A stretch of 62,417 nucleotides of DNA from contig JAQTOC010000004.1 in assembly GCA_028713535.1 (NCBI GenBank), positions 1 to 62,417 on the forward strand. Reading direction: 5' to 3'. The position numbers and the translations under genes are program-made. Under the pieces are notes generated by a model. It worked only from the letters and a program-made list of their open reading frames with translations, did no database searches and had not been told where the DNA came from. The stretch comes from Candidatus Nanoarchaeia archaeon (lineage in GTDB: Archaea; Nanobdellota; Nanobdellia; SCGC-AAA011-G17; JACPNG01). Positions 36,570 through 46,036 of the stretch are shown here, in pieces (position 1 is the first letter of the stretch; every line of letters starts with the position of its first letter).

Positions 36570-37442
36570 TTATTTTTCACAAGAATCTACATAAAACTTT
36601 AGCATTCCTTCAAGATGTCTCGCACTAATTCCCCGTGCATAATTTTTTTTGTCAGGAAGAATCTCTACGCCAACCACCAAAATACCAGCAAGTTGATCAT
36701 TAACTAAGATAGGACTTCCACTATACCCTCTCATCTCTGAGGCATCCATATCTAAATAAGAATCATTAAAATCAACCAAGTCCCCTTCTACTATTTCTCT
36801 TTGTGTTTCTTTTAATGAGGAACTGGGCACAATTGTGGCTGTATCCCATAGTTCATGATCCCTTGAGATGGAAATGTTCTTAACATTTATTTTATCAGCA
36901 CTAACTGCCCATCCAAAGGCTAAATCACAGTCATTTGAATAAACCAGAATATCTATAGGCAATATTAATGAATCTTTATCAAAATAAAAATGTGGTCTAT
37001 TTTTATAAAAATCTCTTACGCAGTGGTTTGCGGTTGCAAAAAAATATCGTTTCTTTTCTGAATCAAACGGAAGCAACAAAGCCTGTCCTATTCTGCTTTT
37101 AATCTGACATTGACCATTATCAATAAGTTTAATATCATATTCATTCTCTAAAAAAACAACCTGATCTGCAAGAGCATCCTCATCAATCGGATTGTACGCA
37201 GAAAAACCATTCAGTACTGATTTAAGATAAGGAACAAAAAAAGGTTTGATTTTATCATTTAAGAATTCTCCAAAGTTATATTTAGGGTTCTTGATAACAG
37301 GAGGCAATTTTGGGATTAATACTGGATCATCTATCCATCTTGAGACCTGTTTGACTAAACCAGTACCTCCGCTTAATTCAAAGGCAACATCTGCTACAAC
37401 AGCAGTTCCCAACTCTAAAAACGCCCTTCTTGATATCTTCAT
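36570..37442 (-). CDS. Trypsin-fold serine protease with twin-arginine-like signal
   Basis: ATG 37442 gives MKISRRAFLELGTAVVA (RR motif). His box ATANHCV. Ser box RGYSGSPILV. Confidence 0.6.
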   Translation of the reverse strand: MKISRRAFLELGTAVVADVAFELSGGTGLVKQVSRWIDDPVLIPKLPPVIKNPKYNFGEFLNDKIKPFFVPYLKSVLNGFSAYNPIDEDALADQVVFLENEYDIKLIDNGQCQIKSRIGQALLLPFDSEKKRYFFATANHCVRDFYKNRPHFYFDKDSLILPIDILVYSNDCDLAFGWAVSADKINVKNISISRDHELWDTATIVPSSSLKETQREIVEGDLVDFNDSYLDMDASEMRGYSGSPILVNDQLAGILVVGVEILPDKKNYARGISARHLEGMLKFYVDSCEK

Positions 37443-37514
37443 TTTTGACAATATACCCCTCCGAAAGTAGGGTTATGGAAAGGGAAATACTATGATATAT
37501 AAACCTTATCTTAA

Positions 37515-39515
37515 TCAGTTCCCATAAACAACAAGATTGCATTCCTGCATTTCCTTAATGTCTAAAAAGTCTCCAAGAATCTCTTTTACTCTCTCCTTGT
37601 TAAAGCTGGCATTTAATTTTTCATCATAATTTAAATTAGAATAATCAATTCCTTCATAAACCCTGTATTTTTCAATATTAGTGATGAAACTAAATCTGTC
37701 AGAAACCCTGTAACCCTCCCCGCTCTTGACAAAAACACCTTTGTTAGTTAATAAATTAATCATGTCATAAACTTCAGAAAACTGCATTCCTGATTTTGAG
37801 AATAACTCAGCTGCCCTGAACTCTTTCAACAATAAAGCATAACCTAAAAATTTCCTTTCTCTTGAAGATAAACTAACAGCGTTAATATCAATCCTTGTTC
37901 CCCTTCCAGTTTCAATATTGTCAATCAATTCACCAGAGTTCAAGTTAACAACCAAGTTAATTTCCTCGTTTCCATATTTGACTCTTAAGTACAAGCAGGG
38001 AACTAAAAATGTTTTAATGTTTACTTTTCCATACATTAACCTTAAGTCCTTAAGTGAAATTTTTTGTTTTATCAAAGGCAATAATTCTCCTTCCTTAAAG
38101 TCTTCAACCTGTTTAACAACATTAATTTCTTCCTTCACATCTTCATCAAAAATCTTGACAGCATCTCCCCCATGCTTGCTCTTTCTCGGCCTAATATCAA
38201 CAAACAAAGGCCTGTCAACCACTCCTGTAACTAACGCAGTTCCAATAGGCAGATTTTGAATTTCTTTTTCAGTCTCCAAAGTAATTCCCTCTACAGAATT
38301 TGAAATTGACTTGATGTCATTTGGATTGGTAACCTTTAATATAATCTGTGTAGTTATTTGCGACAAAGCATTTTTCTCAACTCTTGAAGGCCTCTGAGTT
38401 ATTAAGCAGCACCCTAATCCAAACTTTCTCCCTTCTGCAAAAACCTGCCTTAAAATATTGCTTGATTTTGCCTCTCCATAGCCTCTTTCAGGAATGTAAT
38501 TATGAGCTTCCTCCAAAACTAATAAAAACGGAGAAATCTTTCCTGTTTTTCTTGCCTCAAATAAATCCTTGACTAATTTGTAAACAACAACTTCCTGAAC
38601 CTCAGTATTGACTCCTTTGAGGTTTATTATTGTTGCCTGTCCTGGTTTTATTAATTCATCAAGTCCTGTTGGCAGATCAGAAAACAAGCTGAGGTTTTTT
38701 ACATATTCAACTATGTTTAACAATGTCCACTTAACACTTGAATCATCCTGTTCTAATGCCAAAATTAAAGCATTAAAATCAATCCTGTCTCCAATGTCTT
38801 TTAATGCAGAATATAAAACTCCTAACTGCGCATTTGATAATTTAGCAGGCAATAAATGAATTAATTCAGAAGAACTTAAATTCCTTGAATTTAATTTCAA
38901 TGGATTAGCAGAAGGATTCTCCTTTATATTAATTGAAAATTCTTTTATATTTTCTTTGTATCCCTTGGCTTCTAAACCAAAACCAATTAGTCTTTCTTTT
39001 TCCTCAAGATTAGGAAACTTTAAGCTTGAATACTCTCCATGAGGATCAATAACCAAGACTGGAACTTTTTTATCCAAGAATTCTTCTAACAAGACTCCAA
39101 CAGTGTAGCTTTTTCCGCTTCCTGATTTAGCTAAAACAGAAATATGTTTTGTCAGTACTTTATTTACATCCAGATAAGTCTTGATATCCTTTCCATTTAA
39201 CCTTCCAATGTAAACTCCTTTTTCCTTTTCCAACCCCAATGTTTCTTTAATGAATTCATCTTCAGCTCTTAAGACCTCGCTTCCAGGGTCTAAAGGAGTA
39301 GATAAAACCTTTAAGTTCCCGTTTTCTCTGTAGCCTATTATATTGCAGGAAGCTATTTCCTTCTCAGAGTCTTTTTCTAGTTCTATAATCTGGCCTAAAA
39401 CATAATAACCATCTTTGTGCATCAATTGTATGTATTCAAATTTTCTAGCATCGTTTTTAACCAGGAACTGAAACTCTTTTGTTGTCACCTTTCCTGTTAT
39501 GTTTCCTAGAAGCAT
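37515..39515 (-). CDS. HerA/DUF87-family P-loop ATPase with C-terminal winged-helix-like extension
   Basis: Walker A VLAKSGSGKSYTVGVLLEE. Walker B LLVLEEAHNY. HerA-like N-terminal barrel (MLLGNITGKVTTKEFQFLV). ATG 39515 is preferred; the track starts at TTG 39560. Confidence 0.7.
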   Translation of the reverse strand: MLLGNITGKVTTKEFQFLVKNDARKFEYIQLMHKDGYYVLGQIIELEKDSEKEIASCNIIGYRENGNLKVLSTPLDPGSEVLRAEDEFIKETLGLEKEKGVYIGRLNGKDIKTYLDVNKVLTKHISVLAKSGSGKSYTVGVLLEEFLDKKVPVLVIDPHGEYSSLKFPNLEEKERLIGFGLEAKGYKENIKEFSINIKENPSANPLKLNSRNLSSSELIHLLPAKLSNAQLGVLYSALKDIGDRIDFNALILALEQDDSSVKWTLLNIVEYVKNLSLFSDLPTGLDELIKPGQATIINLKGVNTEVQEVVVYKLVKDLFEARKTGKISPFLLVLEEAHNYIPERGYGEAKSSNILRQVFAEGRKFGLGCCLITQRPSRVEKNALSQITTQIILKVTNPNDIKSISNSVEGITLETEKEIQNLPIGTALVTGVVDRPLFVDIRPRKSKHGGDAVKIFDEDVKEEINVVKQVEDFKEGELLPLIKQKISLKDLRLMYGKVNIKTFLVPCLYLRVKYGNEEINLVVNLNSGELIDNIETGRGTRIDINAVSLSSRERKFLGYALLLKEFRAAELFSKSGMQFSEVYDMINLLTNKGVFVKSGEGYRVSDRFSFITNIEKYRVYEGIDYSNLNYDEKLNASFNKERVKEILGDFLDIKEMQECNLVVYGN

Positions 39516-39699
39516 AGCCTTAGAATAAAATATTCGCTTATTAAGATTATAATACTTCAAAATATATGATAAACAGGATACAAAGATTTATAAATAAGTT
39601 TTCCAAAAAGCAATTATCAGTTTTAGTGTTTTTAAGAGGTGAGTCCTTTAGCTTGGACTCTAAATATTATTTCCAAATTCATGGAAAAGGAGAAAAACC

Positions 39700-40098
39700 A
39701 TGAAAAAAAATTCTAAAAAACTAAACAAGTGGTACGTGGCTCTTATTTTTCTTGCTTTAGGAGTCCTATCAGGTTATTGGATACCAAGGCTTATTGAAAA
39801 ATCAACCCCGAACAATACCCAGATTACACAAAAACTTAAACTTTCACTCGATTACCTCGCCGCTCAAAAAAACATCAGAGTATCAGAAGTAGTAAATATG
39901 ATTGAATACCAATGGAAAAAAGAGGACATGCAACGGCAGTTCTCCAGCATCAGGGCAGAGGTAGAAAAGAAAAAACATGAATTAAAACAGATCGAGAGTG
40001 AAACTAAAGAAGCTCAAACAAAATTTAAAGAAGCTCAAACCGAATTAAGAAAAATACAATATAAAATAAACAGGGTAAATAAGTTACTCCAAGAATAA
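39700..40098 (+). CDS. Membrane-anchored coiled-coil protein
   Basis: N-terminal TM (WYVALIFLALGVLSGYWI), then a heptad-rich K/E/Q helix. Confidence 0.55.
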   Translation: MKKNSKKLNKWYVALIFLALGVLSGYWIPRLIEKSTPNNTQITQKLKLSLDYLAAQKNIRVSEVVNMIEYQWKKEDMQRQFSSIRAEVEKKKHELKQIESETKEAQTKFKEAQTELRKIQYKINRVNKLLQE

Positions 40099-40131
40099 TC
40101 GCTAAAAAAACCAAAATAACTGAGGTGTGTT

Positions 40132-40755
40132 ATGGTTAAAAAAATCGTTTCTTTAATTTTCATCTTTGTTCTTTTCCTCCAGTTCGTCAGCAATGGAGAG
40201 GAAAATTCCTCAAATATCCGTCTAGGGATGAGCCTAGATGAAGTTAGAATAATTAGAAATAGACTGGAATATATACCCGAAAACAACGTATGGATAACAG
40301 ACATTCAAACCGGCATATGGATAAGAGGTATTCAACTCAATTCCAAAAAAGCATACGCCTCCTTAGCATTTGATGACAACAAACTGTCTTTCATCTTATA
40401 TTACTTTGTGGATGAGTATGAATCCCCTGCAGACTACATCGACCACATCGTCCAAGATTTTAAGGATTTAAATAAGACTATGGAAAAAGCATTTGGGAGC
40501 AAGAGTGAAGACTACTCCGATATCAAGGAGTGGATGTCTAAATCTAAAGACCCAGATGCCGGTCTTGCCACCGCAATCGGGTTAGGCGCAGCAAAACTCA
40601 TGTATGGTTGGACTTTCGAAGATGGAACAGAAGTTGATCACTATCTCTTCGGAAAAGATTTATATTATAATCATGGAATTGTTTACAAATCTCCAGACTT
40701 CAAAGAAAAAAACCATCCTAGAAATCCTGAAAAAAATCTCAATGAAGAACCCTAA
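40132..40755 (+). CDS. Secreted hypothetical protein
   Basis: Signal peptide MVKKIVSLIFIFVLFLQFVSNGEE. GAGGTG Shine-Dalgarno upstream. No recognisable domain. Confidence 0.55.
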   Translation: MVKKIVSLIFIFVLFLQFVSNGEENSSNIRLGMSLDEVRIIRNRLEYIPENNVWITDIQTGIWIRGIQLNSKKAYASLAFDDNKLSFILYYFVDEYESPADYIDHIVQDFKDLNKTMEKAFGSKSEDYSDIKEWMSKSKDPDAGLATAIGLGAAKLMYGWTFEDGTEVDHYLFGKDLYYNHGIVYKSPDFKEKNHPRNPEKNLNEEP

Positions 40756-40780
40756 TCCCATGCTATCTGTCAAATTAATC

Positions 40781-40808
40781 GCAAGAGCCTAGAAACTCTT
40801 GCTTTTTT
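40781..40808 (+). terminator. Intrinsic-type terminator (7-bp hairpin + T6)
   Basis: GCAAGAG (40781-40787) pairs with CTCTTGC (40796-40802) and is followed by TTTTTT. Confidence 0.55.
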
Positions 40809-40858
40809 CGTGTCTAAAGTATCTACATATATAATGGTAGATACTAAAATGATAAAAA

Positions 40859-42229
40859 CTATTTTATTTTTCTCACAATTCCTTTTATTGCATCAACTTC
40901 AACAAAATCATTGTCCTTCAGAACTTTTGTTGCAGTTTTAGTTCCAATAATGCATGGTTTCTTCATTTCTCTTGAAACTATAGCAGCGTGGCATAATATG
41001 CCCCCCTCATCAGTCACAAAAGCAACAGCCCTTTCCATAGCGCCAATGTAATCAGGAATCGTCATGCTTGTAACCAAAACATCTCCTTTCTTAACTTTAT
41101 ACAAATCTCTTTTGTCATAAACAACCTTAACTCTGCCTCTAACATTTCCCTTAAACGCAACCGTGCCCTTTACATTTTCAGAAAGCTCTCCCTGCTGCTC
41201 TCTAAGTTCTTTCTTATATCCTTCTAATTCATTCCCTGTAACAACTTTAGTAGTTCCTGCATAAAAAATAAATCCAAAGCCCTTTCTCCTCTCATTTAGT
41301 TCAGAACTAAAATCCTTGTTTTCAAGCAGAGCCTGCCTTACTTCATCAACAGTCAAACTGAAAAAATCACTCAAATCTAGGTTTAGTCTTTTAGCCATTT
41401 CAGAAAAAAGATTCCTTACCATATACCCAGATTTATTATAAAGATCCATCCTGTCAGTCCTGAATGCAACAAATTTCTTAGTAATTTCAACTAAATCTCT
41501 TAGATCAGGATCAGCATCCATTTGATTTAGAATCTCTTGTGTTCTCTTACTATTAACTTTAACATTATCTCTTAATTCAAGATATTTTTTCTCACAATCC
41601 TCTTCCATAATCTGTTTTAATCTTGAAAAAATTTCTTCTTCAGTCCAAGAATCTCCATAAAACCCTCTTGTGTTTATCCAGCCATATTTATTTAGATGAT
41701 CTCTAATCAAACTTCTTAGTTTATTATTCTTTAAATCTAAAGGAACCTCTCCTTTCTTAACTTTAGAAGCAATCCTGTAAAAATTTATCACCTCTTCAGT
41801 GCCAGCAGTTTCTTTATCAGGATAAATCAAGATACTATAATACTCATCAACAATAGACATGTCTTTAAAAAATTCTTCTAGTCTTCCTTTTATTTCTCTG
41901 TCTGCAATGGGTTCAATGGCCATAGGCAAGTTTAGACTGGTAGAAAACAATTTATATCTGGCAACCAAATCATCAAACTCTTTAATCAAATCCTTATTAG
42001 AATAAGAAGAAAACTCTTTTTTTCTTATTTCATCCACCTTACCCCAAACAAGTTTAGCATAACCCCCCCATTTATCCAGTAAGTACTTAAAAAAATTAAC
42101 GCCTTCTTCCTTAAATTTTTGCTCAACTTTCATAAAAACATGATTAACTTCTTCTTGGCTATAAACAACATCTTGATCGATACTTCTGTAATGGTCATAA
42201 CCAAAATCCAGCCCTAAATTTTTCTTCAT
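40859..42229 (-). CDS. PEP-utilizing-enzyme mobile-domain protein (PEP synthase / phosphotransferase-related)
   Basis: C-terminal swivel domain with phospho-His motif (TDEGGILCHAAIVSREMKKPCIIGT). Start placed at ATG 42229, because the track start 42367 would overlap the divergent acylphosphatase gene. Confidence 0.6.
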   Translation of the reverse strand: MKKNLGLDFGYDHYRSIDQDVVYSQEEVNHVFMKVEQKFKEEGVNFFKYLLDKWGGYAKLVWGKVDEIRKKEFSSYSNKDLIKEFDDLVARYKLFSTSLNLPMAIEPIADREIKGRLEEFFKDMSIVDEYYSILIYPDKETAGTEEVINFYRIASKVKKGEVPLDLKNNKLRSLIRDHLNKYGWINTRGFYGDSWTEEEIFSRLKQIMEEDCEKKYLELRDNVKVNSKRTQEILNQMDADPDLRDLVEITKKFVAFRTDRMDLYNKSGYMVRNLFSEMAKRLNLDLSDFFSLTVDEVRQALLENKDFSSELNERRKGFGFIFYAGTTKVVTGNELEGYKKELREQQGELSENVKGTVAFKGNVRGRVKVVYDKRDLYKVKKGDVLVTSMTIPDYIGAMERAVAFVTDEGGILCHAAIVSREMKKPCIIGTKTATKVLKDNDFVEVDAIKGIVRKIK

Positions 42230-42355
42230 GCCTTTCTTGTCCTGACCAAAGCAGATAACATTCGTAAATAGAATAACAATCCTTCTCCTAACAAAAAATT
42301 CCCATTTCATATAAACCATAAATGTTTTAAACTTAAATAGATTATTGTACCTAAA

Positions 42356-42625
42356 ATGAAAATTCATATTTTAATTTCAGGCAGGGTGCAAATGGTCGGC
42401 TTTAGGTTTTTCACCAGAATGCACGCTAAAAAATTAAACCTTAGCGGGTTTATTAAAAATCTATCTAACGGAAAGGTAGAAGCATTATTCATAGGAAAAA
42501 AAGAAAATATAAACAAGATACTAGAACTATGCAAAAAAGGCCCTTTATTTGCCAAGGTAACAAATATAGAAATACTTAAGGATAATCCTGAATTTGATAA
42601 TGAGGAATTCGAGGTTTTATTCTAA
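42356..42625 (+). CDS. acyP: Acylphosphatase
   Basis: 89 aa. ISGRVQMVGFRFFT ... GFIKNLSNGKVE matches the two acylphosphatase signatures. Confidence 0.85.
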   Translation: MKIHILISGRVQMVGFRFFTRMHAKKLNLSGFIKNLSNGKVEALFIGKKENINKILELCKKGPLFAKVTNIEILKDNPEFDNEEFEVLF

Positions 42626-43503
42626 TGTACATCCTAGAAACCTTGCCAGGACTTGAAGAATCCTTAATTAATGAAGTAAAAGGAGTTCAGATTCTCCCTA
42701 CTTTAGTTGAGTCTAATACAAAAAAGTCAGATATAGCCTATGTAATCTCAAAATTAATTGCAAAAATAAAATTCAAAAACGAAAAAGATCTCTTGTATCA
42801 AATAAGTAACTTAGAATTGGACATTGACAATAATTTTTTTGTTAAATGCAAGAACAAAGAGCTTGAAAAAGAAATAGCAAAAACATTAATACAAAAAGGA
42901 TTCGTTCCAGATCCAAAAACAAATAATCCGTTAAAAGTTTACTTAGGCAATGGATTAGCAATAATAACCCAAACAATAGTTATTAATAATGAAAAAAGAG
43001 CATACAGGTTTAAGCGCCACAACCAGTCAATAGATTCATGCATAGCCAACGCATTGATTCTTGAATCAGGAATAAAAAAAACAAATTCTGTCCTTGATCC
43101 GTTCTGCAAGGATTCAGTTATTCTAATTGAAGCATTCAAAAAAGGAATTACAAAACTGTATGGCTTTGACACCTACAATAACATAAGAAATTCAACAATA
43201 AACGCAAAACTTGCAAAGGCAAGTATTATATTTGAAGAAACAAAATTCGATGACATCATTAAAAAAACAGATTTTTGCCTGACAACTCTTCCAATCATGA
43301 CAAAAAACAACTTTGCCTCAAAATTAATAGACAAATTTTTCAAGAAAATATTCACGCTATGTAAAACCATTGGAATCATTACATACAATCCAGATGAAAT
43401 CAAAGAAATAATAAAATTAAACAAACTTTCAATAAAAAAAGAGTTTAACATAAAAAAAGGCTCGCAAAATATTTCTATTTTTATATTTAAATCAAAAAAA
43501 TAA
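42625..43503 (+). CDS. Putative RNA methyltransferase-like protein (UPF0020-like, degenerate motifs)
   Basis: VLDPFCKDSVILIEA resembles SAM-binding motif I of N2-G/N6-A RNA methylases. No clear DPPY-type motif IV. Confidence 0.35.
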   Translation: MYILETLPGLEESLINEVKGVQILPTLVESNTKKSDIAYVISKLIAKIKFKNEKDLLYQISNLELDIDNNFFVKCKNKELEKEIAKTLIQKGFVPDPKTNNPLKVYLGNGLAIITQTIVINNEKRAYRFKRHNQSIDSCIANALILESGIKKTNSVLDPFCKDSVILIEAFKKGITKLYGFDTYNNIRNSTINAKLAKASIIFEETKFDDIIKKTDFCLTTLPIMTKNNFASKLIDKFFKKIFTLCKTIGIITYNPDEIKEIIKLNKLSIKKEFNIKKGSQNISIFIFKSKK

Positions 43504-43618
43504 TCATAATTTCCAATTTCCACCAAAAAGCTTATAAACTTCTAGTAAACACTAATCTTGAAAATTCAAGGGATACAAGCCTTGTAATGCTAAAATTCAA
43601 TGAAAGGAGGAAATAAAA

Positions 43619-43789
43619 ATGGCTGAACTTTTAGTTGTAAGAAGTAAAATAAAAGATGTAGCAAAAGGCATGAATGTTGCTGGTGACTTTGCTGAAGCTT
43701 TAAGCAAAGAAGTTGAAGTTCTAATCAAAAAAGCTGCTGAAAGAGCAAAAGCTAACGGCAGAAGCACAGTTAAACCAAGAGATTTATAA
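43619..43789 (+). CDS. Small histone-fold-like protein (DUF1931-like)
   Basis: Below the track cutoff. MAELLVVRSKIKDVAKGMNVAGDFAEALSKEVEVLIKKAAERAKANGRSTVKPRDL (56 aa). AAGGAGG Shine-Dalgarno 8 nt upstream. Confidence 0.55.
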   Translation: MAELLVVRSKIKDVAKGMNVAGDFAEALSKEVEVLIKKAAERAKANGRSTVKPRDL

Positions 43790-43813
43790 ATCTCTTCTTC
43801 TTTCTTTATTTTT

Positions 43814-44197
43814 ATGAAATCAAAAGGTTCCAGGACAGAAAGAGAACTGTTTCATTTATTCTGGGAAAAGAACATAGGTACTATAAGGGTTGCAGGTTCG
43901 GGTTCAACTTCCATGCCAGCCCCAGATCTATTAGTTGGATTAAAAAATAAAGTTTTAGCTATTGAATGCAAGTCAGGAAAAAGCTCAAGATATGTTACTA
44001 AATCCCAAATTGAAGAATTAAAACAATTTGCAGAAGCGTTTGGTGCAACTCCAATTGTTGCAGTTCGTTTCAATAATACTGAATGGAGGTTCTTGGAATT
44101 AAAAGACCTAAAAGAATCAAGAACAAAAAATAATTATGTTTTAGAAAAAGAGCATTCAAGAACGTTTGGTAAAGTTTTTGAAGATATGATAAAATGA
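43814..44197 (+). CDS. hjc: Holliday junction resolvase Hjc
   Basis: KGSRTERELFHLFWEKN..IRVAGSG....PDLLVG..NKVLAIECKSGK is the archaeal Hjc nuclease core. Confidence 0.85.
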   Translation: MKSKGSRTERELFHLFWEKNIGTIRVAGSGSTSMPAPDLLVGLKNKVLAIECKSGKSSRYVTKSQIEELKQFAEAFGATPIVAVRFNNTEWRFLELKDLKESRTKNNYVLEKEHSRTFGKVFEDMIK

Positions 44198-45066
44198 AAC
44201 AAGCATTGTTTTACACAAAAAAAGAAAATAATAAAGTTCAATGTAATCTCTGCCCCAATAACTGCTTAATTCCAGAAAACAAGATAGGTTCTTGCAGAGC
44301 AAGAAAAAACATCAAAGGGGTATTGTACTCTCTGGTTTACGGAAAACCAGCATCAATCAACATAGATCCGATAGAGAAAAAGCCATTGTACCATTTTCTT
44401 CCAGGAACTCAGGTTTTATCTTTTGGAACTTTTGGCTGTAATCTTCATTGTTTATTCTGCCAGAACTGGGAAATCTCCCAGGCAATGAATGAAGACATCG
44501 AGATTTTAGAACCAAAAAGGATTGTAGAGCTTGCAAAAGAATACAAAACTCCCTCAATAGCATACACATACACGGAACCCGCAATATTTTTTGAATATGT
44601 TTTAGAAACAGCAAAACTTGCAAAAAAAGAAAAAATAAAAAACGTGATGGTCTCTAATGGTTACATCAACGAAAAGCCATTAAAAGAATTGATAAAATAC
44701 ATCGATGCGTTTAATATTGACCTTAAAGCATTTGATGAGGATTTCTACAAAAAAATCTGCTTTGGCAAGTTAAAACCTATCCTAGAAACATTAAAACTAA
44801 TTAAAAAATACAAAAAACATTTGGAAATAACAAATTTGATAATCCCAACTAAAAACGATAACCTAAAAGAAATAGAAAAAATGTGCGTTTGGATTTCAAA
44901 AAATCTTGGAAAAGACACTCCATTGCATTTCTCAAGATTCTTTCCATGTTATAAGCTAACAAACTTAGAACCGACTCCAATTGAAACTTTAGTAAAAGCA
45001 AAAGAAATAGCCAAAAAATACCTGAAATACGTCTATATCGGAAATGTTCCGGCTAGTTTTGAATAA
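44194..45066 (+). CDS. amrS: AmmeMemoRadiSam-system radical SAM enzyme
   Basis: CNLHCLFCQNW (CxxxCxxC). N-terminal Cys cluster CNLCPNNC...C. Length and motifs are typical of this pyruvate-formate-lyase-activase-like family. Confidence 0.8.
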   Translation: MKQALFYTKKENNKVQCNLCPNNCLIPENKIGSCRARKNIKGVLYSLVYGKPASINIDPIEKKPLYHFLPGTQVLSFGTFGCNLHCLFCQNWEISQAMNEDIEILEPKRIVELAKEYKTPSIAYTYTEPAIFFEYVLETAKLAKKEKIKNVMVSNGYINEKPLKELIKYIDAFNIDLKAFDEDFYKKICFGKLKPILETLKLIKKYKKHLEITNLIIPTKNDNLKEIEKMCVWISKNLGKDTPLHFSRFFPCYKLTNLEPTPIETLVKAKEIAKKYLKYVYIGNVPASFE

Positions 45067-45097
45067 TTCTTATTTAACTTTCTATGTTCTTAAGTTT

Positions 45098-46036
45098 ATG
45101 AAAAAACTAATAATTTTAATGCTAATTATCCCTTTAGTTTCAGCCTTGGAGATTTCAGAGATACTTCCAGACCCAGATGATGAAACTGAGTTTGTTGAAA
45201 TATACAATCCTTCAAATAAAATAATCAACTTAGAAAGTTATTTGTTAAAAGACAAATCCAATTCAACAAAGTACTTCACAGAAATCTCAGGCGGTTCAGC
45301 TATAAAACCAAATGATTACTTGATTTTAAAAACAAAATCCTTTCTTAATAATGATTTTGAGATAATAAGGTTATACGATAACACAACTCTGATTAACCAA
45401 GTTTCCTATGATTATTCAAAAAAAGGTCTCTCCTTTTCAAAAATAAACAACGAATGGATTTTAACTAAGCCAACTCCAGGCAAAGAAAACAAGCAAAAGC
45501 AGATTAAACTAGAATCAGAACTAACCATAGAATCAATCTCAAAGGAAAACATCTCTTTTGGTGATTTAATTCAGATAAAGCTAAAAATATACAGGGCAGA
45601 TACAAGTAAAAAAGAAATAAAAATATCGCTAGAAAAAAACAATGAAAAAGTTTCTCCTGTAATCTCAGCTCTTGTTAATAATAAATATGAGCCAATCACC
45701 TTAGAAATTCCGTTCCAGATTCCGATAAACTGCAAGAACAATTCTGAAGAAGGAAATTATACCTTAGCAATTAATGGTTTAGACACAGAAATAGCTTATG
45801 ATTTAGAAATTAAAGGCCAAAATCCAGAAAACTGTGTAAAGGAAACAATAACAAAGGAAAAAGAAGTAATAAAATACAAAGAATGCACCACCGAAACCAT
45901 TTTAAACTCAAAATCAAACTCAACCTCTGAAGTAGTATACGAGTCTAAACAGGAAAAATCAAAGAGGTACGCATTATTTATGTTTTCAGGACTCTTGATA
46001 TTGCTTTTAATCAAAAAATGGAACAAAAAATCATAA
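45098..46036 (+). CDS. Lamin-tail-domain (LTD) surface protein with C-terminal TM anchor
   Basis: Start at ATG 45098 (MKKLIILMLIIPLVSA). LEISEILPDPDDETEFVEIYNPSNKIINLESYLLKD is an LTD signature. C-terminal anchor YALFMFSGLLILLLIKKW. Confidence 0.65.
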   Translation: MKKLIILMLIIPLVSALEISEILPDPDDETEFVEIYNPSNKIINLESYLLKDKSNSTKYFTEISGGSAIKPNDYLILKTKSFLNNDFEIIRLYDNTTLINQVSYDYSKKGLSFSKINNEWILTKPTPGKENKQKQIKLESELTIESISKENISFGDLIQIKLKIYRADTSKKEIKISLEKNNEKVSPVISALVNNKYEPITLEIPFQIPINCKNNSEEGNYTLAINGLDTEIAYDLEIKGQNPENCVKETITKEKEVIKYKECTTETILNSKSNSTSEVVYESKQEKSKRYALFMFSGLLILLLIKKWNKKS

